This document shows positions 35,379 to 44,703 of a stretch of DNA of 64,000 bases, piece after piece; position 1 is the stretch's first letter; each line of letters starts with the position of its first letter. The notes below the pieces were generated by a model. That model made no database searches, was not told the DNA's origin, and worked only from the letters and a program-made list of their open reading frames with translations. The translations under genes and the position numbers were made by a program. The stretch comes from Nitrospirales bacterium (lineage in GTDB: Bacteria > Nitrospirota > Nitrospiria > Nitrospirales > UBA8639). Location of the stretch: assembly GCA_963555755.3 (NCBI GenBank), contig OY820905.2, forward strand, positions 2,144,001 to 2,208,000. Direction: 5' to 3'.

Positions 35379-36573
35379 TGCTAAATCTGAACTGAATAGA
35401 TTGATGACCGAATTTGGCGCGAATGGTGTCGATGGCGACTGATAGTCTTTTGGAACGAGCAAGGCGGTTTGCTGATGAATGCTTCGACGGCATGAATGCG
35501 GCACAGGCCTCAACGAGGCTGAGTTGTTGGATTGCCGGCTGCAATTCGGCCAGCGTGACCGTAAACGCGCGGACTCTGACTCGGCGCTTGAAACAGCGTT
35601 TCAAGAGTCTGTGCAGCGTGACTGCTAACTCCCCTTCCCAGTAACTGCCTGGCAGCACTCGCTCGTTGCCTGTCACCTCTCGTTCATCACGATACTGTAA
35701 TCGAAGGGTAAGAAGCTGACAGACTTTCTGTTGTTTTCGTAATTCACAACACAGCGACTCTAATGTTTCACCCAGTAATCCGCTTAACCGCTCCACATCG
35801 ATTTCGTCTTCTTCCAGCTTCCGCGTGGCTTCCACACAGGGCTGCTTCGTCGGCGGCAGCACCGGTGTGTCATCAATACCTCTAGCCCAGGCACACACTT
35901 GCACGGCTAACGAGCCTAACACCGCTTCCAAATCAGCCAATTCAAACATCGAGAGTTGTCCAAGGGTATTGATGTTTAAATCTGCAAAGAGCGAATAGAT
36001 GAATGTGCTCTGCGTGGTTCTCAGCGGCAGTGTGCTGATGGGCAGTGGCGATAAAAACATTTGTTCGGCACCGGGCCGCACATCATAGAGTTGTAATGGC
36101 GCCACCACGGTCGAGGCCACTTCCGACACCAATTTATTGCTGGCTACTCCTGCCACGCCGATAAGATTGAATCGCTCTGCGATTTCTTCTTCGATCTTCG
36201 TGGCAGTGTCACAGGCTCTGCCGAACAAGCGCGTGGTCCCGGTGAGGTCTAAAAACACATGGCCCGGGTTGGCTAATTCCCACACGGGCGCAAAGCGACT
36301 GACGACCTGGTCAATCGTATCCGTGGCTTTTCGAATTGTTGGAGGATCTGGTGGCAGAAGTTTGAGCGCGGGACACACCCGTTTGGCGTGCCCAACCTGC
36401 ATGCCCGCATACGCACCTTCTTGCTGCGCTTCGTGCGAGGTTTCGAGCAAAACCGTCTGTGGATTTACCGACGGTGTGATTGCAATGGGTGTGTCGCGCA
36501 GAGAGGAATCTTCCAATCGTGCCAACGCCACTTGAAAAGCGGGAATGCGATAGCAAACAACGTGGCGTTGCAT
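35374..36573 (-). CDS. imuB: ImuB-like Y-family polymerase homolog
   Basis: IMS fold (FLDLTGT, GVASNKLVS) without the canonical catalytic motif. C-terminal DTIRAKFG. Confidence 0.85.
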   Translation of the reverse strand: MQRHVVCYRIPAFQVALARLEDSSLRDTPIAITPSVNPQTVLLETSHEAQQEGAYAGMQVGHAKRVCPALKLLPPDPPTIRKATDTIDQVVSRFAPVWELANPGHVFLDLTGTTRLFGRACDTATKIEEEIAERFNLIGVAGVASNKLVSEVASTVVAPLQLYDVRPGAEQMFLSPLPISTLPLRTTQSTFIYSLFADLNINTLGQLSMFELADLEAVLGSLAVQVCAWARGIDDTPVLPPTKQPCVEATRKLEEDEIDVERLSGLLGETLESLCCELRKQQKVCQLLTLRLQYRDEREVTGNERVLPGSYWEGELAVTLHRLLKRCFKRRVRVRAFTVTLAELQPAIQQLSLVEACAAFMPSKHSSANRLARSKRLSVAIDTIRAKFGHQSIQFRFSS

Positions 36574-36694
36574 AAACAGATCCTCTTCAACGTTAGAACA
36601 AGTTGTGTCAACATGTCTACCTCAGAAAAGTTTGATTTTTTTGTAATCACTACCGCCAAACATTCTACACATTCTTCAGTCCCCCTCCTTTGTA

Positions 36695-36875
36695 AGGACC
36701 TGAGAGAAAATAACTTGGGCAATATCGCGCCAAGATTTGGGTCGGATTTGGACGGAACGATTGAGAAAAATCCGAGGCATAGCACAGCTATGGTGAGGGT
36801 TTTTCGATTGAGGCCCGTTCAAAGATGGCCCGAAGATTGGATGCGAGATGTCCAAGTTATTTTCTCTCAGGTCCT
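36695..36875. mobile_element. 181-bp MITE inserted in a CCCCTCCTTTGTA|AGGAG hairpin repeat
   Basis: TIR AGGACCTGAGAGAAAATAACTTGG. Second copy at 42226-42406. Confidence 0.88.
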
Positions 36876-37038
36876 AAGGAGAGGCGGAGGGAAGGTAGAG
36901 CTTCAGGAACATCAAGACCGTTGACGCGAGGTGGTGAATACCGTTCGTATCGTCGATTATTGAAGGCCTCTACCCCACCTCACCTCCCCTCCCCTCCCCT
37001 TACAAAGGGGAGGAATTAAGACACCAAACCACCACACC

Positions 37039-37587
37039 TTACACTTTCTTACAGTACCGAATGACGCCGACGACGATGCCTTGAATGGTCAACTCATCAT
37101 CTGGGGTTACCACAATGGGCTGCATGGTCGCATTTTCCGGTCGCAATTCAATGCGCCCATCTTTTTGATAAAACGTTTTGATAGTTGCCTCACCATTGAG
37201 GAGGGCAACCACGGTTTGGCCATTTCGCGCGGTTTCTTGTCGGTGCACGATAATGACGTCGCCGGACAGAATGCCTTCATCGCGCATGGAGTCCCCCTTC
37301 ACGCGCAACGCAAAGTTGTCTCCTTGGCCAATCATATCCGCCGGCACGTCCACCACTTCCGATTGCAACACCGGTTCGATGGGAGTACCAGCCGCAACCA
37401 CTCCCGCCATCAAAACATGGGCCGGTTCCGCCAACTTGGCTAACGCCACCTCTAACATTGAAGGAATACGGCGTTGCCTGCACTCGTATCGAGCAATACT
37501 TGTCCGTGTGGTGCCCAGCGCCGTCGCAAGCTCTTCCTGCGTCATCCCCAGCGCTTTTCTCGTGGTGACCAAATTTTCAGGCTTCAT
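37039..37587 (-). CDS. LexA-like repressor with XRE-type HTH and S24 peptidase
   Basis: MTQEELATALGTTRTSIARYE HTH, VAAG cleavage site, GDSM and TIK catalytic residues. Confidence 0.88.
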   Translation of the reverse strand: MKPENLVTTRKALGMTQEELATALGTTRTSIARYECRQRRIPSMLEVALAKLAEPAHVLMAGVVAAGTPIEPVLQSEVVDVPADMIGQGDNFALRVKGDSMRDEGILSGDVIIVHRQETARNGQTVVALLNGEATIKTFYQKDGRIELRPENATMQPIVVTPDDELTIQGIVVGVIRYCKKV

Positions 37588-37604
37588 CAGGCCATTCCCC
37601 TTAA

Positions 37605-37621
37605 TGTAACCAATGGTTACA
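37605..37621. promoter_or_regulatory. Palindromic operator TGTAACC-AAT-GGTTACA in the repressor promoter
   Basis: Perfect 7-bp inverted repeat within minus-strand TTGTCA-N18-TACATT. Confidence 0.7.
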
Positions 37622-37653
37622 AAATATGACAAGCAAAGTCAACCGAAACTTTA

Positions 37654-37819
37654 AACCTAGAAACGGCAGTTGGGCGCAAAAAAGACGTGTAAGATATTGG
37701 TGTGCATGGTGAAATACAAAAAGTCGTGTCACCTCTCTGGTGATGAGACCTTTTTGTATTTTGCCAGGTGCGCCAAGGGCTTGCGCGGACTTTTGTGATC
37801 CAACTGCCGTTTCTAGGTT
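37654..37819. mobile_element. 166-bp hairpin MITE
   Basis: TIR AACCTAGAAACGGCAGTTGG. Second copy at 55429-55595. Confidence 0.88.
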
Positions 37820-37917
37820 AAATCATAGAAAATTCAATGAGTTAGAACAATCCGCTTGCTATCCACAAAGGCCGACTTTGAATCTCCGGCTACCCATCGG
37901 TATGGTGAGGGCCACCT

Positions 37918-39870
37918 ATGGCTTGCTTGCCGGCAACAATCTTTCGGCTCATCTGTACGGGAACGATCGGGGTTCTCTCCCTGTCCACTGTTCTTGCGGC
38001 AGAACACGATCCCGTCGAACAGCTTGACCCAATCGTCATCACCGCCACGGCAAGCCCGACCACGCTCTCTCAAGCACCGGCAGCGGTCACGATCATCAGC
38101 CGTGAACAGATCGCCCAGCAACACGCCAACCGACTCAGCACCGTCTTGCAACAAATCCCCGGAGTCTTTGTGGATGAAATGGGAGGGCGGGGGGGACTGA
38201 GTTCGGTCTATCTGAGAGGGGGCGATCCGAATTTCACCATGATCATGATTGATGGTATCCCTATCAACGATCCGAGCAATCAACGCGGCGGATCGGTGAA
38301 TCTCGCCACACTCACTCCAGAGCGCATTGAACGCATTGAAATCGTTCGAGGCCCGGTATCGGTCGTCTACGGGTCCGATGCCATGGCTGGAGCCATCAAT
38401 ATCATCACCCGGAAAGGCCAGACGAATCCTCACTATCAGGCAACCGTGGAGGGAGGCCAATTTGGATACGGACGAGGTGTGATCCAAGCCCGAGGGGCTA
38501 TCGATGATGTTTTGTATAGCGGCTCGTTTGCGTTCACCCGAAACGACGCGCAAGTGGAGGGCGATCAATTTCAAGGTATCACAACGGGAGGGAGCCTCGG
38601 TTGGTCTCAGGACCCGTCATTGAACGTCCAGGTCACCGGCCAATATTCCCAATCCGAGATTCGAGCGTTTCCCGAAGGCAGTGGCGGGTCCCGGCTATCC
38701 GTTTTGAGAACGACCGAACGACGCTCGGCGGATGAATTCCTTGTGGGTATCCTGCTCAACCACCAACTCGACCAAACCTGGAAGCAACAACTCTCGGCCA
38801 ATGTTTTTTATCGCCGAGAGGATGTCAATAATCCCGGTGTCATGAATTCGAGCATGACGTTTATCAATCCACCGACGATATTCACCACCGATTTTTCTCG
38901 ATACCGATTCCTTTGGACCTTGCACAAAACCCTCGCCACAGAATGGAAACTTTCAGGCGGCATCCAACTCATTCATGAAGACGGCAGCCGAGCCGGCACC
39001 CAACAACTCACGGCACTTGGCTTTCCTGCCGATCAACGCAACGATTTTGAGAAAACACGAACGACCCTGGCGGGATTCTTCGAGACCGTCTGGAGTCCCT
39101 TCTCGCACACCACTGTGACGTCGAGCCTTCGCCTTGATGACCCTCAAGGCTTTTCCCCTGAAGTCACTCCTCGGGTGGCCATCACCATTCAAGTGCTGCC
39201 GGAGACCTCGATTCGGGGAAGTTACAGCGAAGGGTTTAAACTCCCCAGCTTCAATGCACTCAGTGATCCGCTGATAGGGAACCCGTCATTGGTACCAGAG
39301 ACCAGCCGAGGAGGGGACCTGAATGTGCACCAGGAGTTGTTCCATAAAAAGATCGAACTCGATCTGACATATTTTTACAATCGCTTTTCGAATGTCATCG
39401 ATCTTGACCCCGCCCTCGCCAGGCAATTTATCTTTACCCTCGTGAACCTGAGTACGGTGGTCACCAATGGCGTCGAACTTGGCATCACCACAACTCCGTA
39501 CCCCTGGCTCCAGGCGAAAGGATTTTTCACCTATCTGAACACCGAAATTCTTGGATCGGATGATTCCCTTCGGAATAGACCAAACACATCTGGCGGATTG
39601 ATTGTCAGCATTCAGCCCATGCCCCGGTTACACATTCGAAGTCAGGTGCGAGCCGTTGGGAAACGGTTCGACCTTCAAATTCCCACATCCCAGACCGTTG
39701 TCCCAAGCTTCTATCGTGTAGACCTTGCAGCGACTCTGCGCGTGGATGACTCGTGGAAAGTTTTTGCGGCAGGCGAAAACCTCACGAATGTGAGCTACGA
39801 AGAATTTCTTGGATTCGAAGCGCCCGGCGTGTGGTTTCGATTTGGGTTGGAGTGTCAGCTTGGCGAATAA
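37918..39870 (+). CDS. TonB-dependent receptor (BtuB-like)
   Basis: TonB box DPIVITAT, plug IERIEIVRGP.SVVYGSDAMAGAINIIT, ENLTN. Confidence 0.92.
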   Translation: MACLPATIFRLICTGTIGVLSLSTVLAAEHDPVEQLDPIVITATASPTTLSQAPAAVTIISREQIAQQHANRLSTVLQQIPGVFVDEMGGRGGLSSVYLRGGDPNFTMIMIDGIPINDPSNQRGGSVNLATLTPERIERIEIVRGPVSVVYGSDAMAGAINIITRKGQTNPHYQATVEGGQFGYGRGVIQARGAIDDVLYSGSFAFTRNDAQVEGDQFQGITTGGSLGWSQDPSLNVQVTGQYSQSEIRAFPEGSGGSRLSVLRTTERRSADEFLVGILLNHQLDQTWKQQLSANVFYRREDVNNPGVMNSSMTFINPPTIFTTDFSRYRFLWTLHKTLATEWKLSGGIQLIHEDGSRAGTQQLTALGFPADQRNDFEKTRTTLAGFFETVWSPFSHTTVTSSLRLDDPQGFSPEVTPRVAITIQVLPETSIRGSYSEGFKLPSFNALSDPLIGNPSLVPETSRGGDLNVHQELFHKKIELDLTYFYNRFSNVIDLDPALARQFIFTLVNLSTVVTNGVELGITTTPYPWLQAKGFFTYLNTEILGSDDSLRNRPNTSGGLIVSIQPMPRLHIRSQVRAVGKRFDLQIPTSQTVVPSFYRVDLAATLRVDDSWKVFAAGENLTNVSYEEFLGFEAPGVWFRFGLECQLGE

Positions 39871-39985
39871 CTCTAGGGCACCTCTATTAGATTCGTGATG
39901 AGTGAAGCGTCATGCGTGCAAGAAATGTCCCTGGACCTTCCTCTTACTCTTCACCCATTACACTTCACGCATCACGGGTTACGCA

Positions 39986-41143
39986 TCACGCCTCTACCAA
40001 TTCCGGCAGCGGATCCCCGGCGGCACAAAGCTGATTGCGTCCACTTTGTTTCGCACGATATAACGCTTGATCCGCGCGTTCGATCCAATTGGCCGACGTA
40101 TCCCCCTTGAAATACTCAGCCAGCCCGATTGAGATGGTCACCGACAATTGTAAATCTTCATGCTCGATGAACGTCTGCCGAATTGCGGCCAAGAGTCGAT
40201 CACCGAGCACACGCGCACCCTCAAGGTTTACACCCTGCACGACGACGACAAACTCCTCTCCTCCATACCGAGCCACAAAATCCATTTTTCTGGGAAACGT
40301 GAGCACCGTCCGTTTCGCAATTTCGCAAATCACCGTATCCCCTGCGCGATGGCCATAGGTGTCATTGACCTTTTTGAAATGATCGATATCCAGCATCATC
40401 AGGCAGGCCGGAGAATTCGACAGAATATTCAACGCACTCATTTGTTCCAAATGCTGATCCAACGCCGCACGATTGTACAACTGCGTAAGACCATCTAACG
40501 TCATCTGCTGGCGCGTCTGACCCAGTTCTTCTTCCACTTCCTTGAGCTTCTCACCCAGCCTCTCAACCCGACGACGTTCCTCCTGGTTCCGATCCTCCAC
40601 CAGCTTGCTGAGATCCTCCGCCGCGGCTAAGACTTCCCGTTTCATATCCTCAGGGCTTTTGCTCACAACCGCGGTTTTGAGACGACCGATATGCGCCTGC
40701 ATATGTCCATCCGTCTCTTGATCCTGAAGAAAGGCCTGACTCACCGTACTGGTGAACGTCCACACGACATCGCGCAAGGCATGAAACCCTTTCACGACAT
40801 AATTTTTTTCATTCTGCCTATGGCGATTCACGAACTGATTCAGGCCACCCCAATTTCGGCGGCCATCAGGATAGTCTTCGCGAACATCCGGATCTTCTGA
40901 GGTCGTGGTTCCAAGAAGAACATGTCGGGCCCATCGTTCAAACTCTTTGGTAAAGGACTCGGCGTCGCCTTTATCAAGATCGAACGCATGCCGCCCCCAT
41001 GTCCGAAGGATTTTTGCCACCGCTTCGGCTGCGGCGTCTTGCCCTTTTGATGAAGAAGGCCCTTGAGATGCTCCCTTCTTTTTCGAAGACGAGCTCTCCT
41101 TGGACGGTTGGTCATTGCGACTCGACCACATGGTAAACATCAT
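39986..41143 (-). CDS. Diguanylate cyclase
   Basis: DGLTQLYNR, DIDHFKKVNDTYGH, RKMD I-site, RYGGEEF. Confidence 0.92.
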   Translation of the reverse strand: MMFTMWSSRNDQPSKESSSSKKKGASQGPSSSKGQDAAAEAVAKILRTWGRHAFDLDKGDAESFTKEFERWARHVLLGTTTSEDPDVREDYPDGRRNWGGLNQFVNRHRQNEKNYVVKGFHALRDVVWTFTSTVSQAFLQDQETDGHMQAHIGRLKTAVVSKSPEDMKREVLAAAEDLSKLVEDRNQEERRRVERLGEKLKEVEEELGQTRQQMTLDGLTQLYNRAALDQHLEQMSALNILSNSPACLMMLDIDHFKKVNDTYGHRAGDTVICEIAKRTVLTFPRKMDFVARYGGEEFVVVVQGVNLEGARVLGDRLLAAIRQTFIEHEDLQLSVTISIGLAEYFKGDTSANWIERADQALYRAKQSGRNQLCAAGDPLPELVEA

Positions 41144-41305
41144 TCAACTCTCTCGGGATGGGAGAAATTGTGTGTGTGTTTTGTTCATTTTCATACGTTT
41201 TTCACTCATTACCTGATTATGTTATCGGCGACATGGCTGATTTCTTTATTGAGAGGCGAGCTGTTGAAAAAACACCAAGACGGACGGGACGGGACGGGAC
41301 AAAAC

Positions 41306-42097
41306 TCAATAGTCCCAATGTACTTCGCGAAGATTGAGCTGGCCTTCGGGTAAGGCATGGGTTCGATGATTCACTACTTTGATGTCAACGGCGTCTGACA
41401 TGAGCTGAATACTTTCGCCAACCTTCGGACTTTTTCCTTGACCCACGCACAGGTCAGCCAGAGCCAATAAGCGATCGATGGTGGGATTCCCCGGTAAACC
41501 ACGCGGGAGAAAGACCTCGAATTCCTCTAACCCAAACTTGGCCAACCCACGCGTATACAACCATTGACGACCATCGGACACATGTTCGTCCTGCTGCACA
41601 TGGACATGATCTTCAATACGGAAAGAATCCAGGCGTCGGTCACTCCAATCGGATGGATTGAAATAGCGGCTAGCCGCCACATCATACGCCGTGCCCTCAG
41701 TCAACAACGTCAAGCCCCTCGCCAGCCGTGACACAAAGAGCACGACATCCTGCTTGGAATTCCCAACCGGTGACGTGGACACGATCTGCATGATCTGGGA
41801 ATGCTCCCATCCCACCTGGCTTTTCCATCGCATGGCTTCCTCTGCTGAGCGAACATGACTCACTATCGCCTGCCAGTCCACATGCCGAGCTTCAAATGTT
41901 GCATCGGAGTCGTGTTTCGGAAAACGAATGGTGAGCGGCCCCCCATAGTGCTGGTTAAACCAGGCCGCTAAAAATCCTGCTGGCGGCGGATCGCCCCCTG
42001 AAAAGCCCACGACAACACTCGGGCGTTTTTTGGGAGTAGATTTTGTTTTGCGTTTAATTTTTTTCACAGAGACCGTCTTCATTCTCTCACACCGCAT
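41306..42097 (-). CDS. Hypothetical protein
   Basis: 263-aa ORF, WLYTRGLAKFGLEEFE motif. Confidence 0.7.
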   Translation of the reverse strand: MRCERMKTVSVKKIKRKTKSTPKKRPSVVVGFSGGDPPPAGFLAAWFNQHYGGPLTIRFPKHDSDATFEARHVDWQAIVSHVRSAEEAMRWKSQVGWEHSQIMQIVSTSPVGNSKQDVVLFVSRLARGLTLLTEGTAYDVAASRYFNPSDWSDRRLDSFRIEDHVHVQQDEHVSDGRQWLYTRGLAKFGLEEFEVFLPRGLPGNPTIDRLLALADLCVGQGKSPKVGESIQLMSDAVDIKVVNHRTHALPEGQLNLREVHWDY

Positions 42098-42225
42098 CCA
42101 TTCATAGCTGCGATGAGATAGGAGATCTTACGTAATTGAAACCATTGCTGAGGTCAAGTCGTGAGATTCAAAGGAGAAAAGGAAAAAGAATGTGCCGGCT
42201 TGATCTACCCGCCGCATTCACCACT

Positions 42226-42406
42226 AGGACCTGGGAGAAACTACCTTGGACAATATCGCGCCAAGATTTGGGTCAGATTTGGACGGAACAATTGAGAAAA
42301 ACCCGAGGCATAGCACAGCTATGTTGAGGGTTTTTCGATTGAGGCCCGTTCAAAGATGAGCCGAAGATTGGATGCGAGATGTCCAAGGTAGTCTCTCTCA
42401 GGTCCT
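42226..42406. mobile_element. MITE, same family as 36695-36875
   Basis: AGGACCTG..CAGGTCCT ends. Inserted at the stop codon of the adjacent gene. Confidence 0.85.
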
Positions 42407-42785
42407 AAGTATGTTGAGGAGGCCAATCGACCTCGGCCTGACAACCGCAGTAATAACAGGCGATGCGATACCGCCCTCTTCGTCGAGGATTGGGTAACGA
42501 GGTGAACACAATGGGAACCGAATCATGAGGACACACGGGTTGGAGATGAAGGAGGTGCTCATCGATAATAGCTTCGAGTTCTGCCGTCTCCCATGGCTGC
42601 CCGAGTTCTTCAAGTCCTCGCACATGGTCTTCCCATCCACACAGGAGGCATTGCACATGATAGATCTTGACCCGGTCTTGATGGTGAGAGATCTCGACGC
42701 ATTCAACCTGACCCGGGCAAGAAGACGTCTCACAGGTAATCGGTTCATGCTGAAGGGCTTGAATGAAAGACTCAGGAACAACCAT
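42405..42785 (-). CDS. Small Cys-rich (zinc-binding-like) hypothetical protein
   Basis: CLLC, CPHD and CYYC motifs. Confidence 0.65.
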   Translation of the reverse strand: MVVPESFIQALQHEPITCETSSCPGQVECVEISHHQDRVKIYHVQCLLCGWEDHVRGLEELGQPWETAELEAIIDEHLLHLQPVCPHDSVPIVFTSLPNPRRRGRYRIACYYCGCQAEVDWPPQHT

Positions 42786-43243
42786 CTCTGAACTCCTTTA
42801 CACCAGCCTCCTATCAATGGTTTGCGTCAGAGTAGGAGGGACAAGCACAACAATAGCTAGACACTCAAAACTTCGAATCGTACATGGAGCCTATCAGATT
42901 TTGGCAACACGGTGAAGCTACCCCGCCCAATGTTGTGGCCTCACTCCCGGAAGACTCCGAAATTCGTGGAGGATAGAGCGAGATACCGTTCTAGGATGGT
43001 GTTGAAAAACTCAAATTACTTAAAAATACCTCGGAATACCACGAGGCAATACTGCCAACGACAATCCGCAGGGTATTCAAAAAGTCCCATCTAGTCCTGA
43101 GCAGAGTCGAAAAAAAAAGGCCGGATTCGTAATGGGTAATGCGTAAGGGGGAAAGAAAGTAGAAGTCAAAACGACTCTTTCGCTTCATGTATCACGCTTC
43201 ACGTTCCCAAAGAACGCCGCTGGCGGACTTTTTCAACGCCCTT

Positions 43244-43435
43244 TTAATTCCGTGACACATCAAAGGCTGCAACACCCTGCTGCTTTCGCTGAACCATGGC
43301 CAAACGCAACCCTTCATACACTTTCAGGGCGCCTTCAGACCAACTCGGGTCAAACTGGGAACCCCGAAATGCAGCTTCGGCGGCTTTCTTTTCATCATAG
43401 GTCAGTGATCGGGATTGTCCAGTTGTCACCTTCAT
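43244..43435 (-). CDS. Small hypothetical protein
   Basis: GAGGAGG RBS and upstream sigma54 promoter. Confidence 0.7.
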   Translation of the reverse strand: MKVTTGQSRSLTYDEKKAAEAAFRGSQFDPSWSEGALKVYEGLRLAMVQRKQQGVAAFDVSRN

Positions 43436-43520
43436 AGCGTTACCCTCCTCGTAAGATGTGTATGGCCGAGATCATCGTTCCAGTGATGGAAACTTGTGGC
43501 ACCGTTTAGAAAGATGATTA

Positions 43521-43760
43521 AGCAAAGGGCATGCCGGAAATGACCTGGCTAAGGAACGCAACACAACTCGACAAGATGTCAATCAGAATGCGAAAACGAA
43601 CACCGCACAAGACAAAAAATGAACCGCGTGGCCAATCCACTCCGCACAACAATTGTCAGAAAATTTGACAGGTTGAACTGAGAAATGAGGGGAGGGTAAG
43701 AATTAAAGAGGAGTTTTCAATAGGTTAGACTAATTCCGCTCAGTGTAAAAATTTTCGACA
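43521..43760 (-). promoter_or_regulatory. sigma54 promoter with two TGT-N11-ACA enhancer-like sites
   Basis: CCGGCATGCCCTTTGCT (43537-43521), TGTCAGAAAATTTGACA (43654-70), TGTAAAAATTTTCGACA (43744-60). Confidence 0.7.
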
Positions 43761-44099
43761 GTGAATCAGGCCATTGCCAAATTAAGCGTGGGCAGCACTG
43801 CAATTCGACCGACAGAGAGGGCGAGAGGCAACAATTTCGTCTCCAGCTTCCCACTGTTAAATCCCTCGACAGCTTTCGAATGGGGGGATCAAGCAGCCTT
43901 TCCCTTCACATCGTGAAGGTCTTAGCGGCAACCAGGATTATCAACACTCCACATCAAAAAAAAGGGTGTTGGAATTTTCCGCCCCCTTTCTCTAGCGCAG
44001 ACAAACCCAATTTTTTTCATGTGATTTTTTTCACATATGAACTATCAACCAACCACCCAAAAAAGGTTCTCTGAAACCGTTCCCCTAGAGGAGTGTTTC

Positions 44100-44391
44100 A
44101 CTGAATCACCTACCGCGGCGGCGTGGGCGTTGTTTTTTGGCACAGACCTCCACATTCGCATATTGGTGAGGGTAATTGAAGTTCCTTTGTTTCACGCCAA
44201 ATCCACACACGATGCACACGTGAAGCTGCTTCACGTACGAGTTGTTGCGCACCCGAATACCCCACGACGCTACCGAATTCCTTCTACCGACGCCAATTCC
44301 AGAGCCAGCCACCATGGTCCTAATGGGCTCTGGGCTGATGGGTTTGGTCGCCTGGCGTTTGCGGAAAGGACAGCCGAAAACCGACGCATAA
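44100..44391 (+). pseudogene. Decayed PEP-CTERM protein gene
   Basis: PIPEPATMVLMGSGLMGLVAWRLRK* in a frame not in the ORF track, with stops/frameshifts upstream. Confidence 0.75.
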
Positions 44392-44417
44392 TGTTCCTCC
44401 TCGATGTCTCACCTTAA

Positions 44418-44459
44418 CGGCCTCGTTCACCCAGCAGTGAACGGGGCCGCCTTCTTTTC
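44418..44459 (+). terminator. Hairpin terminator
   Basis: CGGCCTCGTTCAC..GTGAACGGGGCCG followed by CTTCTTTT. Confidence 0.55.
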
Positions 44460-44703
44460 GTCAACTGCCTCATGACCCATAACACTCCGACAGCAAGCCC
44501 CAACACCTTTCTGCTTTCGTTTCTAAGTTCAAAACCATCCTGCTTTTCTACGCAGTTCCCTTTAAGCTTTGCTGTCTCAACACCGACAAAATAACAAGAA
44601 GAGAACGGCCTGTTACCTATCCAAACCCAATCAGGAGTTTCGGAAGGTCAGGATTACTGTTCACACAAGATGCCCCGATTCAATGTCCAGGTGAAGATCT
44701 GTA

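Noticed and set aside
37640..37917. Cobalamin riboswitch before the TonB receptor
   Set aside because: The structured sequence there is a MITE with a second copy at 55429, and no B12 box was recognised
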